47,140 bases of DNA from Candidatus Levyibacteriota bacterium (GTDB taxonomy: Bacteria > Patescibacteriota > Microgenomatia > Levybacterales > UBA12049), in NCBI GenBank assembly GCA_016214555.1, contig JACROF010000008.1:1-47140 (forward strand). The letters are read 5' to 3'. Below, one piece after another: positions 27,401 to 36,365 of this stretch. The notes beneath the pieces were generated by a model. That model was given only the letters and a program-made list of their open reading frames with translations. It ran no database searches and had not been told where the DNA came from. The position numbers and the translations under genes were made by a program. Numbering within the stretch: the stretch's first letter is position 1; the number at the start of each line of letters is the position of its first letter.

Positions 27401-28015
27401 GTATGAGGCTCCTTTCTGTGCGAGATACCGCAGCTGACTCCCTTTCGGTGTCAAGCCACCGCGGCTCGAATTCAGTTAAAGAGCGACTTGCTTCAACGGT
27501 TAGGCGTCACCGCCGGCCGGTCGGTGACACAAACAGACCCTGTTAGAAACTGGGAACTGTGAACCGAACACTAGCGACTTAGACGACTTAACGAGCGAGA
27601 CGAGCCCTGACTTTATATAATTCAAAATCAGGGGGTGAAACCGAGGGCGTTTGAGGTGTCTCAGGCCTCTAAAAAAGGTCTTTTGTTTTCCTCCCGCGAG
27701 CGATCGTGCCCATGAAATAAAAATGGGCGCGCGCCGGGCAGTGAGGTTCCCGATCCTTTTTCCGACTTCTCGGTTGGCGCTTTACTCATAGCGCCATCAG
27801 TGAGTATGAAGCAATTCTTGCCTCCTTTCTCAGGATAGTACTGCGAGTAGTTTTTTAGCGCGTCACCTCTTTGGGTGCGCGCTACACCCCGCTCAGAAGC
27901 GGGGTCGAGTACGCACCAAAAAGGTGAGTTATCTTTATAAACCACGTATCTTGTTAAAGTTCAAAAAAAACTTATTTGAAACGTCTTATAGATGTTAAAA
28001 ATAAGCAAGGAGCGG

Positions 28016-28044
28016 ATAATATCATATCCTATAGGGATTGTCAA
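28016..28044 (-). promoter_or_regulatory. sigma70-type promoter with CCTATAGG in spacer
   Basis: TTGACA-atccctataggatatga-TATTAT. Confidence 0.7.
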
Positions 28045-28078
28045 TAGGGGAAAATATGTCGACTGAGAAGTTTTTACA

Positions 28079-28114
28079 TAAAAGAAAAAGGGGAGGATCA
28101 GATCGATCCTCCCC
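28079..28114 (-). terminator. Intrinsic terminator
   Basis: GGGGAGGATC-5 nt-GATCCTCCCC followed by a T-rich tract on the minus strand. Confidence 0.75.
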
Positions 28115-28839
28115 ACGTGTGCGGCACAGTGCCGTGCTTATCGACGGATGTCCCCAGGGGGACAGCAGGAGAGGTAGGTGCTAGTTAAGCACATCCAAAT
28201 TGATGGTTCCCTCCATGAATCAGTCGAGAAGTTATGATTGCGCGTTGACGCACCATCTCCAGTGGAGATAGGGCAGGCAGTGCCTGACATGGTTGCCCAG
28301 GTTGGGCGAGCTTAGGTCCGATATCCCTCGGACACAGACTGTCGTGTCAGACAAAGCTGGTTTGCAACGCTAGAGCTTCTGGTGAAGCATGACCGTCCGC
28401 CGATTGGACGCGCGTCCACCTTGGAATGGCGATCGGACCGCATGGGTAAATTCCCCCTCACGCGAAGACGACACACCACCAACGAGTACGAGCCTATGAG
28501 AGATCAAGCATGACCATCGTCCGCAACGATGCGCGTAAAAGTCTTGAGCAAAAAGCTCATGACCACTCCTTTCTCTACGTAGACAAACTACCGTTGTGTC
28601 CTACCTTGCTGGTGCAAGGCGAGTAAGACACCGGCTCTTGCTACTGTTTGGTTTAACAATAAACAACAGCCGGTGTCTTTTTTTTGAAGCTCTACAAATG
28701 TGATAAAAAGTGCAAAAAAGAGTAATCAGTGATTACTCTTGTATTGTGATGATATCGCTGAAAATACAGTCTGTCAAGAGGGAATTGAGGCAAAAAGAAA
28801 ATAACTATTTGAAAATTGCCAAAAAATCGTCTTTAGAGT

Positions 28840-31608
28840 ATGATTGTAGCTATGACAGATGTTGCCCCTGATGCCCAAAATGCCCTTTCTAAAAGAGTAA
28901 TTCTTGAGATTAAGACGTCACGAACGGGTGAGGAAACTCCTGAGGCGATGAAGCAATTTTTGACCAACCTCACCAACCTTCGTTTTCGTCGGATGCTGCT
29001 TCACAAAAAAGGTATTCCAATTAGTCTTGAGATAGCGGTCGTTGATCAGGCAATCCATTTTTATGTGACAGCACCCATAGAATTTCAGTCATTTCTTGAG
29101 AGTCAGCTTGTCTCACAGTACCCAAAAGCATCTATTCTTAAGGTCGAGGACTATTTACCAAGTCTTCTTGCGCAGTCGGGAACGCTTTCTTTGGGGCAGC
29201 TTAAGCTTGAGCATGATTATTATTATCCCATCAGGACGTATGCCGATTTTAAGGATGTTGATCCACTTTCCTCAGTTATTGCTGCTCTTTCAAAAAATCA
29301 ACCAGGCGATAGTGTGAGTATTCAGTTTCTTTTGTATCCAGTCTCTGATAGCTGGCAAAGGAGTGGAAAAAGTTTTGCTACTTCAAAAACGACAGATGGT
29401 AGCGGGGCTGCTGTTGCCAATCCTTATGCAAAGATTGTCGAAGAGAAAGTCGCGTATGCAGGATTTAAGGTAGGGATCCGTCTTGCTGTTGGGGCACAGT
29501 CAAAGGCAAGAAGCAGTCAGTATTTACTCGAGATAGCAAATACGTTTTCATCATTTAACAACCCTTCAGGGAACAGCTTTAGGCTGAGAAAGCCTTATCT
29601 TTGGCAGAAGAATAGGATTAAAAAAGTCATGCTTTCGCGTTCGAGATTTTTTACACCAACACATCAATATATGAATGTTGTTGAACTTGCGACGCTGTTT
29701 CATCTCCCCACAAACAAGCTTGCAACAATCCCTAATATCTCATGGCATCAGGTTATTCTTTCTGATGCTCCAGAAAATCTGCCTGTAGCTGAGGGGATGA
29801 CTGAGGAGCAAAAGCTTGATACTAATTTTTTTGCCAGAACCCAATTTCGTAACAAGCCCACAGTATTTGGTATTAAGACAAAGGACAGAAGGCGCCATTT
29901 TTATGTCATCGGAAAAACAGGCACTGGTAAATCAACACTTATTGCCAATATGGCAATTAACGATATGCGTCAGAGGAGAGGGTTTTGTATTATCGATCCT
30001 CACGGAGATCTTTGCGAGACGGTTATGGACTACGTACCATCCTATAGAGTTAATGATGTAATTTATCTTGATCCCTCAGAAAAGGAGTATGCATTTTCTC
30101 TTAACCCTTTTGAGGTCAAAGATGAGGCACAAAAAGAACTTACCATCTCAGGTATTGTAGCTATTTTCCAAAAAATCTTTGCTGATTCGTGGGGTCCTAG
30201 GCTTGAGTACATTCTTCGCAATACGCTTCAGAGTGTCATCGAGATGCCCGACGCTACGCTTCTTATGGTTCCTGAAGCACTGTCAAATCCAGCATTTCGA
30301 AAAAGAATGATTGCCAATCTTACCGATCCAATTCTGAGGTCATTTTGGGAAAATGAGTTTGAGAAGATGACTGACAAGCTTCGTATTGAGGCTATTTCAC
30401 CGATTCAAAATAAGGTCGGGCAATTTATCTCAAGTACGGTCATCAGAAATATCATCAAGAGCCCCAAATCGACAATTGATCTCCAACAGGTGATGGATGA
30501 GGGGAAAATTGTGCTTATGAATCTGTCGCAGGGAAAATTGGGAGAGGACAATGCAGCGCTTTTGGGGGCGATGTTTATCACTAAATTCCAGCTTTCAGCG
30601 ATGAATCGTGTCTATCTAGCTGAGGAAGAAAGAAAAGACTTTTATCTCTATGTGGATGAGTTTCAAAATTTTGCAACTTCAAGTTTTATTAAAATTTTAT
30701 CTGAGGCACGAAAATATCGCTTGAACCTTCTTTTGGCAAATCAGTACATTGGCCAGATTCCAGAGGATGTGCGTCTGGCAATATTTGGCAATTGCGGGAC
30801 AATGATGTCATTTTTAGTCGGAGCAGGAGATAGTCCGTACCTGGCAAAAGAATTTAGTGAGAGATTTAAAGAAGAGGATATCTTGGCACTCGCGAATTAT
30901 CAGTCGATGACGAAGATGATGATTGATGGAAGAACGTCGCCTCCTTTTATGTGTTATACCTTGCCACTTCCTAATAGCGAGACACAGAATAGAGAGAAAG
31001 TTATCCAGGCATCAAAAGAGCGGTATATGAAGCCTGTTGTGAAGGAGGTTGCGGTTGATACGCTTGCCTCGGTTGCAGCTAGGGCACAAATTGCACAAGA
31101 AGATGCCGCAAAATCTTTCTCCCAACCAGTCCAGCCTATACGCTCAGATGTGCGTCCTTCGTCTGGTCAGCAGGTTTCGTCTGCTTCTCTCCAGCCTCAA
31201 CAATCGTATGCTCAAAAGCCACCATCACTCCCTGCTCAAAGAGATGCTGTTACATCAGAACCTCAGGGGCAGCCTGTCACCCGTCCTCACATACCAGAGG
31301 GTAAGCCTTTGGAGGTAAAAAAAGATATGCCACAGCATCAGTCAATAGCAAAACCAGCTCATGTGCCAGCTGCTGTGCAGAAAGTTGAAGGGCAGGAGGA
31401 GAAAAGATCAATGGGGAATCAGCCTCACGCGTCGCAGAGGCCTAAAAGGAGAGACAATAGGCGACCTCAGCAGTCTTCGCATCAAAGACAGCAGTCTCAA
31501 GGTCATAGTCAGCCTCACGCTGAGCATAGGCCTCCAGCTCATCAAGAGCCTAAGCCTACTCCAGTTTCTGATAAGCCAAAAGTTACCAATTTATATACCT
31601 CAGAGTAA
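28840..31608 (+). CDS. VirD4/TraG-like (DUF87/HerA-FtsK superfamily) ATPase with low-complexity C-terminal tail
   Basis: DRRRHFYVIGKTGTGKST, IIDPHGD, YVDEFQNF, SEARKYRL. Confidence 0.9.
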   Translation: MIVAMTDVAPDAQNALSKRVILEIKTSRTGEETPEAMKQFLTNLTNLRFRRMLLHKKGIPISLEIAVVDQAIHFYVTAPIEFQSFLESQLVSQYPKASILKVEDYLPSLLAQSGTLSLGQLKLEHDYYYPIRTYADFKDVDPLSSVIAALSKNQPGDSVSIQFLLYPVSDSWQRSGKSFATSKTTDGSGAAVANPYAKIVEEKVAYAGFKVGIRLAVGAQSKARSSQYLLEIANTFSSFNNPSGNSFRLRKPYLWQKNRIKKVMLSRSRFFTPTHQYMNVVELATLFHLPTNKLATIPNISWHQVILSDAPENLPVAEGMTEEQKLDTNFFARTQFRNKPTVFGIKTKDRRRHFYVIGKTGTGKSTLIANMAINDMRQRRGFCIIDPHGDLCETVMDYVPSYRVNDVIYLDPSEKEYAFSLNPFEVKDEAQKELTISGIVAIFQKIFADSWGPRLEYILRNTLQSVIEMPDATLLMVPEALSNPAFRKRMIANLTDPILRSFWENEFEKMTDKLRIEAISPIQNKVGQFISSTVIRNIIKSPKSTIDLQQVMDEGKIVLMNLSQGKLGEDNAALLGAMFITKFQLSAMNRVYLAEEERKDFYLYVDEFQNFATSSFIKILSEARKYRLNLLLANQYIGQIPEDVRLAIFGNCGTMMSFLVGAGDSPYLAKEFSERFKEEDILALANYQSMTKMMIDGRTSPPFMCYTLPLPNSETQNREKVIQASKERYMKPVVKEVAVDTLASVAARAQIAQEDAAKSFSQPVQPIRSDVRPSSGQQVSSASLQPQQSYAQKPPSLPAQRDAVTSEPQGQPVTRPHIPEGKPLEVKKDMPQHQSIAKPAHVPAAVQKVEGQEEKRSMGNQPHASQRPKRRDNRRPQQSSHQRQQSQGHSQPHAEHRPPAHQEPKPTPVSDKPKVTNLYTSE

Positions 31609-31796
31609 TTAGTGTTATTACCTCTTAGTCTTTGATACAAAGCATTTCTCGATATAAGAATACAAAAAATGTTCATGGCTATTTTTTGTATGCTTTGTGT
31701 CAATAGAGGTTTTTTTGATTTTTTGAAGACTATTAATATAGTCAACATTTTCATAAAAAAAGGGTGGCGCCGCCTGTTGGCGACCCCACCCTAAGA

Positions 31797-32378
31797 TCAA
31801 CTCGAAATGTGAGTAGTTGAGCAAGGAGTAATAACCCCAAGCTTGTGCATCCCTCTTGCTGTTGAAGCAGTTGGGTTGACAGTAAATGTTATTGTTACGA
31901 GATTACCTCTTCCGCAAGAATAGTTTTTTGTATCAGCAGTCACCCTGCTTCCGTCACCGGGCGTACTGCACGGGATTTTTAATCCAGAGATGAGGTTTTT
32001 CTTTGTGGTAAGAGCCAACTCTTGAACTATCCGAACAGTACTTGATCCACAAGTGAGCGTAAGATCACTTACTCTATATTCCTTGCCATCTCTGAATGTC
32101 GTTTGTTCGCAGGCGTTCCAGTCGATTAAGGGCACATTGCCATTTGCAAGCTCTTCATCGAAAGATCCGTCTGAGTAGAACATCGCCTCAACACCAAGGT
32201 AAGGCGCTCCTGTTGTCACAAGGTCAATTACGCACTTAGCGCTTAGGTTGCTTCCGTTTGTCATGACAGAGGCGGGGGTCCTATTAATTGTGGCTTTGTG
32301 GGTGCTTGCTTGTTGGATTCCGACACCACATGTCACTAAGGCAAGAAATAGAGCAACGATGCCTTTGAAAATCGACAC
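31797..32378 (-). CDS. Secreted Cys-rich hypothetical protein
   Basis: AAGGAGG SD, GTG start, signal peptide; own promoter (TTGACA-17-TACAAT, ~32456-32484) and a downstream hairpin+T tract. Confidence 0.7.
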   Translation of the reverse strand: MSIFKGIVALFLALVTCGVGIQQASTHKATINRTPASVMTNGSNLSAKCVIDLVTTGAPYLGVEAMFYSDGSFDEELANGNVPLIDWNACEQTTFRDGKEYRVSDLTLTCGSSTVRIVQELALTTKKNLISGLKIPCSTPGDGSRVTADTKNYSCGRGNLVTITFTVNPTASTARGMHKLGVITPCSTTHISS

Positions 32379-32480
32379 GGTTTCCTCCTTGGAATGTAAA
32401 CGAACAACATTTGCCTGTCGTCAGGCAATAGCTCATAGTTATGAGCCAAGTTGGCATTGTAAGGCTAAATATATCTATTG

Positions 32481-33249
32481 TCAAGCCTGGGAGGATTTAC
32501 GACGGAGCATCCAACCAACAGCTGTTGCTGGAAGGAGAGCGATAATGCCAAGTAGGCCAGGTCCTGTAGAAGGGGTTTGCTGTCCAGGATTAACCTGTGC
32601 TGGGGATTCGACGGGGAGTCCGCCTTTGCTTGTTGCTGGGTTTAGGAAAGCAGATGTCGACTGCTTGTTTGGAATCTGGTTTGTTGCTGTCTGTTCTCGT
32701 GAGACACAAATTTGCGAATTATCTTGGCTTACTTTGTTATTAGCTGTCGCTATCGCGAGATTGATCGTACAGAGAGAGGAGTTATTTGTTGGCAACTCAT
32801 CAAGGTCAGCAGTCAGAACTTGAATTGTTATATTCGTGGTCTGTTTTGCCTTTAGCTCTTTAATGGTTGAAGAAAAAGTCCTAGTTGTGTTGTCATAGGA
32901 ACCTGGTCCTGAGACGTAGGTTAAAAATCGTGGAGGAAATATATCTTTGACGACAATGTCTTTGAGTGTACCATTTGAGGTGTTGGTGAGGTAGATACGA
33001 AAAGCAGTGAGCTTATTGGCAGGGTAGCGGGGGTCATTGGGTCCGATATTTTCGACAAAATCTTTGTCTTGAGCTTTTTGACCAGGGAGTATGTTGACTG
33101 CAGCAGACAACACTTTTTTATTAAGAGAGAGGATAGTGCTGTTTTGACAAAACGAGCCTCCGTTAAAAATTGGTTGACAACCTGGTGGAGTTGGCTCTGC
33201 GGCAGAGGAAAGTCCTGGCTAGTAGTGTTGCTTTGCTGATTTGTTGCAT
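32481..33249 (-). CDS. DUF11-type secreted protein (paralog of 18948..19712), frameshifted in the signal peptide near 33217
   Basis: The frame of ORF 32481..33113 extends upstream as GLSSAAEPTPPGCQPIFNGGSFCQ; MQQISKATLLA (ATG 33249) is out of frame; ends TPSTG-TM-RRK. Confidence 0.7.
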
Positions 33250-33480
33250 AGTTGCCTATAGTAGATTGCAAGAATAGCATTTTGTTTTTAAAAAGTCAAA
33301 ACATCTGAAGGTGATAGTGTGCCTGAGGAGCTCTTTTTATAAAAAGAAATATTGACAAAGGGAAGAGAATATGATGTAATACGTTTGTCTTCTTTATCTA
33401 CTCCGATCAGATCGGGGTCTGCAAGACACTTTTCCCAAATACAATAATTTTAGTTTCGTTAATAATTCTTCAAGATAGTT

Positions 33481-34845
33481 ATGGCATATAAAAAATCAAG
33501 TCAGACGACTCGTTCAGAGAAGCCCGTTTCAGATGTGGGTGATTTTGTTGGTGAAGCGCCACGAGAGGAGGGCGTTTCTGAAGTTTTGTCTGCAGCTCCA
33601 CGTGTAGCCTCAGAGCCTCCAGCACAAGTTGTCCCACCAGCGAATGCTGATCAGGGATTTAGCAATGGACACTCTCAAAGGTATCAAAGAGATAATTTTG
33701 CTGGATCATCCCACTTTGCTCCTCAAATTCAAAGCGTTCCAACAGAAAATGTCATGGGGTTTTTGGATCTTCAGCCTGAAGGTCACGGATTTTTAAGACC
33801 TAAATTTATTCCTTCAAACCGTGATATCTATATTTCACAGTCTCAAATTCGAAGATTTATGCTTCGAGGAGGAGATCAGGTTGAGGGGGTTGCTAGGCCG
33901 CCAAAAGACACAGAAAGATATTATGGATTACTTAAGGTTGAGAAAGTAAACGGTAAAACTCCAGAAGAGTCAGCGAAAAGACCTTGGTTTGATGACCTTA
34001 CTCCTATTTATCCTAAGCAGCAACTCACACTTGCTACAGACAAAACCCCTCTTTCAACAAGAATTATTGATCTTGTTGCACCTATTGGCATGGGACAGAG
34101 AGGTATGATTGTCTCTCCTCCAAAAGCTGGTAAGACAACTATTATGAAGGAGATTGCAACAGGTATTACAAAAAATTTCCCAGATATTCATCTTATGGCA
34201 GCTCTTATTGGTGAGCGACCTGAAGAGGTAACAGATCTTACCATGTCTGTTCGAGGAGAAGTAATAGCCTCAAATTTTGATGAACCACCAGAGAATCAGA
34301 CTCGAGTTGCTGAAATAACCCTCGAGCGAGCAAAACGACTTGTTGAGATGGGAGTAGATGTTGTTATTCTTCTTGATTCAATTACTCGTTTGGCTCGTGC
34401 ATACAATCTTTCTGTTGCTCCATCAGGAAGAACGCTTTCAGGAGGATTTGATCCAGCAGCTTTGTGGCCTGCGAAAAGATTCTTTGGTGCAGCGAGAAAT
34501 TGCCAAGAGGGTGGATCACTCACAATCATAGGCACAGCGCTTGTTGAAACAGGTTCTCGTCTTGATGATCTTGTCTACGAAGAGTTTAAGGGAACAGGTA
34601 ATATGGAGCTCCATTTAGATAGGCGTCTTGCTGAGCGAAGAATTTATCCTGCTATTAACATTGAAAGGTCTGGAACACGACAGGAAGAGCTTCTTTTGTC
34701 AGAGAAAAATTATAAAAAGATTGTTACCATGAGGAGAATGATGGACATGCTCAATCCGGAAGAAAGAACAGCCCTCTTTATTGATCAGCTTAATAAAACA
34801 GGGAGCAATGAAGAATTCTTGGAGAATCTCGGTCAGGATAAATAA
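33481..34845 (+). CDS. rho: Transcription termination factor Rho
   Basis: DIYISQSQIRRF, PIGMGQRGMIVSPPKAGKT, LLDSITRLARAYN, EEFKGTGNMEL. Confidence 0.98.
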   Translation: MAYKKSSQTTRSEKPVSDVGDFVGEAPREEGVSEVLSAAPRVASEPPAQVVPPANADQGFSNGHSQRYQRDNFAGSSHFAPQIQSVPTENVMGFLDLQPEGHGFLRPKFIPSNRDIYISQSQIRRFMLRGGDQVEGVARPPKDTERYYGLLKVEKVNGKTPEESAKRPWFDDLTPIYPKQQLTLATDKTPLSTRIIDLVAPIGMGQRGMIVSPPKAGKTTIMKEIATGITKNFPDIHLMAALIGERPEEVTDLTMSVRGEVIASNFDEPPENQTRVAEITLERAKRLVEMGVDVVILLDSITRLARAYNLSVAPSGRTLSGGFDPAALWPAKRFFGAARNCQEGGSLTIIGTALVETGSRLDDLVYEEFKGTGNMELHLDRRLAERRIYPAINIERSGTRQEELLLSEKNYKKIVTMRRMMDMLNPEERTALFIDQLNKTGSNEEFLENLGQDK

Positions 34846-34929
34846 TCGTGAATAATGATCAACGATTAATGATTAACGAATAGAGCTGTTAATTACATTC
34901 ATAAATCATTATTCATCAATCGTTAATCG
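34843..34929. repeat. Imperfect inverted array of 7-bp units (AACGATT/AATGATT)
   Basis: gaataatgatcaacgattaatgattaacgaat...attcataaatcattattcatcaatcgttaatcg. Confidence 0.6.
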
Positions 34930-34933
34930 ATAT

Positions 34934-36091
34934 ATGAATATTCCTCGTTACATACGCTTAGGTAGCTTAGTCCGCAAAACCACTAAAAATCTTTCAGAGT
35001 TTACTGATTTTTTCTTCCTTTATTATCTTAAGAGGAAAGTTGTTAATTTCTCTCACCTTTTTGAGAAACATAAGAACTATCTTGTAAAATTTCTCCTTAT
35101 GAAACGCGGACGATATAATCGTCCCTTTTTGCATATGGCCACTATGGGAGTTCTGTCTGTTGGGGTTTTGATAGGGCCATACCTAGCTGACACTTATCCT
35201 GTATTTACGCAACAGGCAAGAGCAAATACCGATCTTGCTTTTGCTGAAAATCAACAGCAATCAATTGAGACAACAGACAATGTGTTCTCAACAGATCGTT
35301 CAGAAAAACCTCGAGACAAAGTGCTTACCTACACAGTGCAAAAAGGTGATACCATCTCAACGATTGCCAAGAAATTTGGCATCTCAACAGACACCATAAA
35401 GTGGTCAAATGATCTTTCCTCAGATGCTATTTCAGTAGGAGACAATCTCAAAATTATCCCTGTAACCGGTATTTTGCATAAAGTAGGTAAAGGGGAAAGT
35501 ATTTATACTATTGCGAAGAAATATGATACGGAAGCACAGAAAATCGTCGATTTTCCTTTCAACGAGTTTGCTAATCCTGAGACTTTTGCGCTTGTGGATG
35601 GGCAAGAGCTTATTGTCCCTGATGGTATCAAGCCTGATGTGTCACAGAATCAGAGAAATACGATCAAGCAGCAACAGCAGACGTTCTTTGCTCAAGGAGC
35701 AGCGCCTGCTGTGTCAGCTGGAGGTTTTTCATTCCCACTTCCAGGAAGTACGGGTGTTTCACAGTATGCATCGTGGTATCACATGGCGCTTGATATGACA
35801 GCTCCAATAGGTACGCCAGTTGTAGCCGCTCATAATGGAACTGTTACTCAGGTAAGTATCGGATCATGGGATGGAGGATATGGAAACAATGTGTGGATTA
35901 GTGATGGACAAGGGACAGATACGCATTATGCTCATATGAGCTCAGTAAGTGTTTCCGTTGGGCAAAGTGTTGCTGGTGGAAGAACAGTGCTAGGTTTGAG
36001 CGGGAACACAGGGCGATCAACAGGGCCACATTTGCATTTTGAAGTGCGAAGAAACGGCGCGCTTCAAAATCCTCTTTTGTATCTTCGATAA
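34934..36091 (+). CDS. LysM + M23 family peptidase
   Basis: YTVQKGDTISTIAKKFG LysM; HMALD, YAHM and STGPHLHFEV M23 motifs. Confidence 0.93.
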   Translation: MNIPRYIRLGSLVRKTTKNLSEFTDFFFLYYLKRKVVNFSHLFEKHKNYLVKFLLMKRGRYNRPFLHMATMGVLSVGVLIGPYLADTYPVFTQQARANTDLAFAENQQQSIETTDNVFSTDRSEKPRDKVLTYTVQKGDTISTIAKKFGISTDTIKWSNDLSSDAISVGDNLKIIPVTGILHKVGKGESIYTIAKKYDTEAQKIVDFPFNEFANPETFALVDGQELIVPDGIKPDVSQNQRNTIKQQQQTFFAQGAAPAVSAGGFSFPLPGSTGVSQYASWYHMALDMTAPIGTPVVAAHNGTVTQVSIGSWDGGYGNNVWISDGQGTDTHYAHMSSVSVSVGQSVAGGRTVLGLSGNTGRSTGPHLHFEVRRNGALQNPLLYLR

Positions 36092-36156
36092 TTTCGGGCC
36101 GTAATACACCCTCCTTTGTCCTAAAGGACTTCGGAAGGGTAACGCCGGTAACGTAA

Positions 36157-36233
36157 GGGCCGTTAGCTCAGTTGGCTAGAGCGTTCGCATGGCATGCGAA
36201 AGGTCGTCGGTTCAAATCCGATACGGTCCACCA
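36157..36233 (+). tRNA. tRNA-Ala(GGC)
   Basis: Cloverleaf, anticodon loop ATGGCAT, G3.U70 pair, GTTCAAATCC T-loop, encoded CCA. Confidence 0.97.
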
Positions 36234-36365
36234 GTAAGTTTGACTTGTCCCTCCGTGGGTCGCCTAATTTGCTTTCAAAACAACTAAGTCCTATAATACA
36301 CTGACCAGATGTTCTGGTACTGCATATGTTGCAGTATTTTTTTGCACATTAAGAAAGGAAAGGAT

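Noticed and set aside
14420..28780. Prophage, integron or CRISPR interpretation of the repeat-rich island
   Set aside because: No phage structural, integrase or cas genes seen; repeats are not regularly spaced and lack attC box organisation.
33205..33215. GAGGAAAGTCC, the RNase P RNA 5' signature
   Set aside because: It is antisense to the coding frame of the DUF11 paralog; no other RNase P conserved regions follow.
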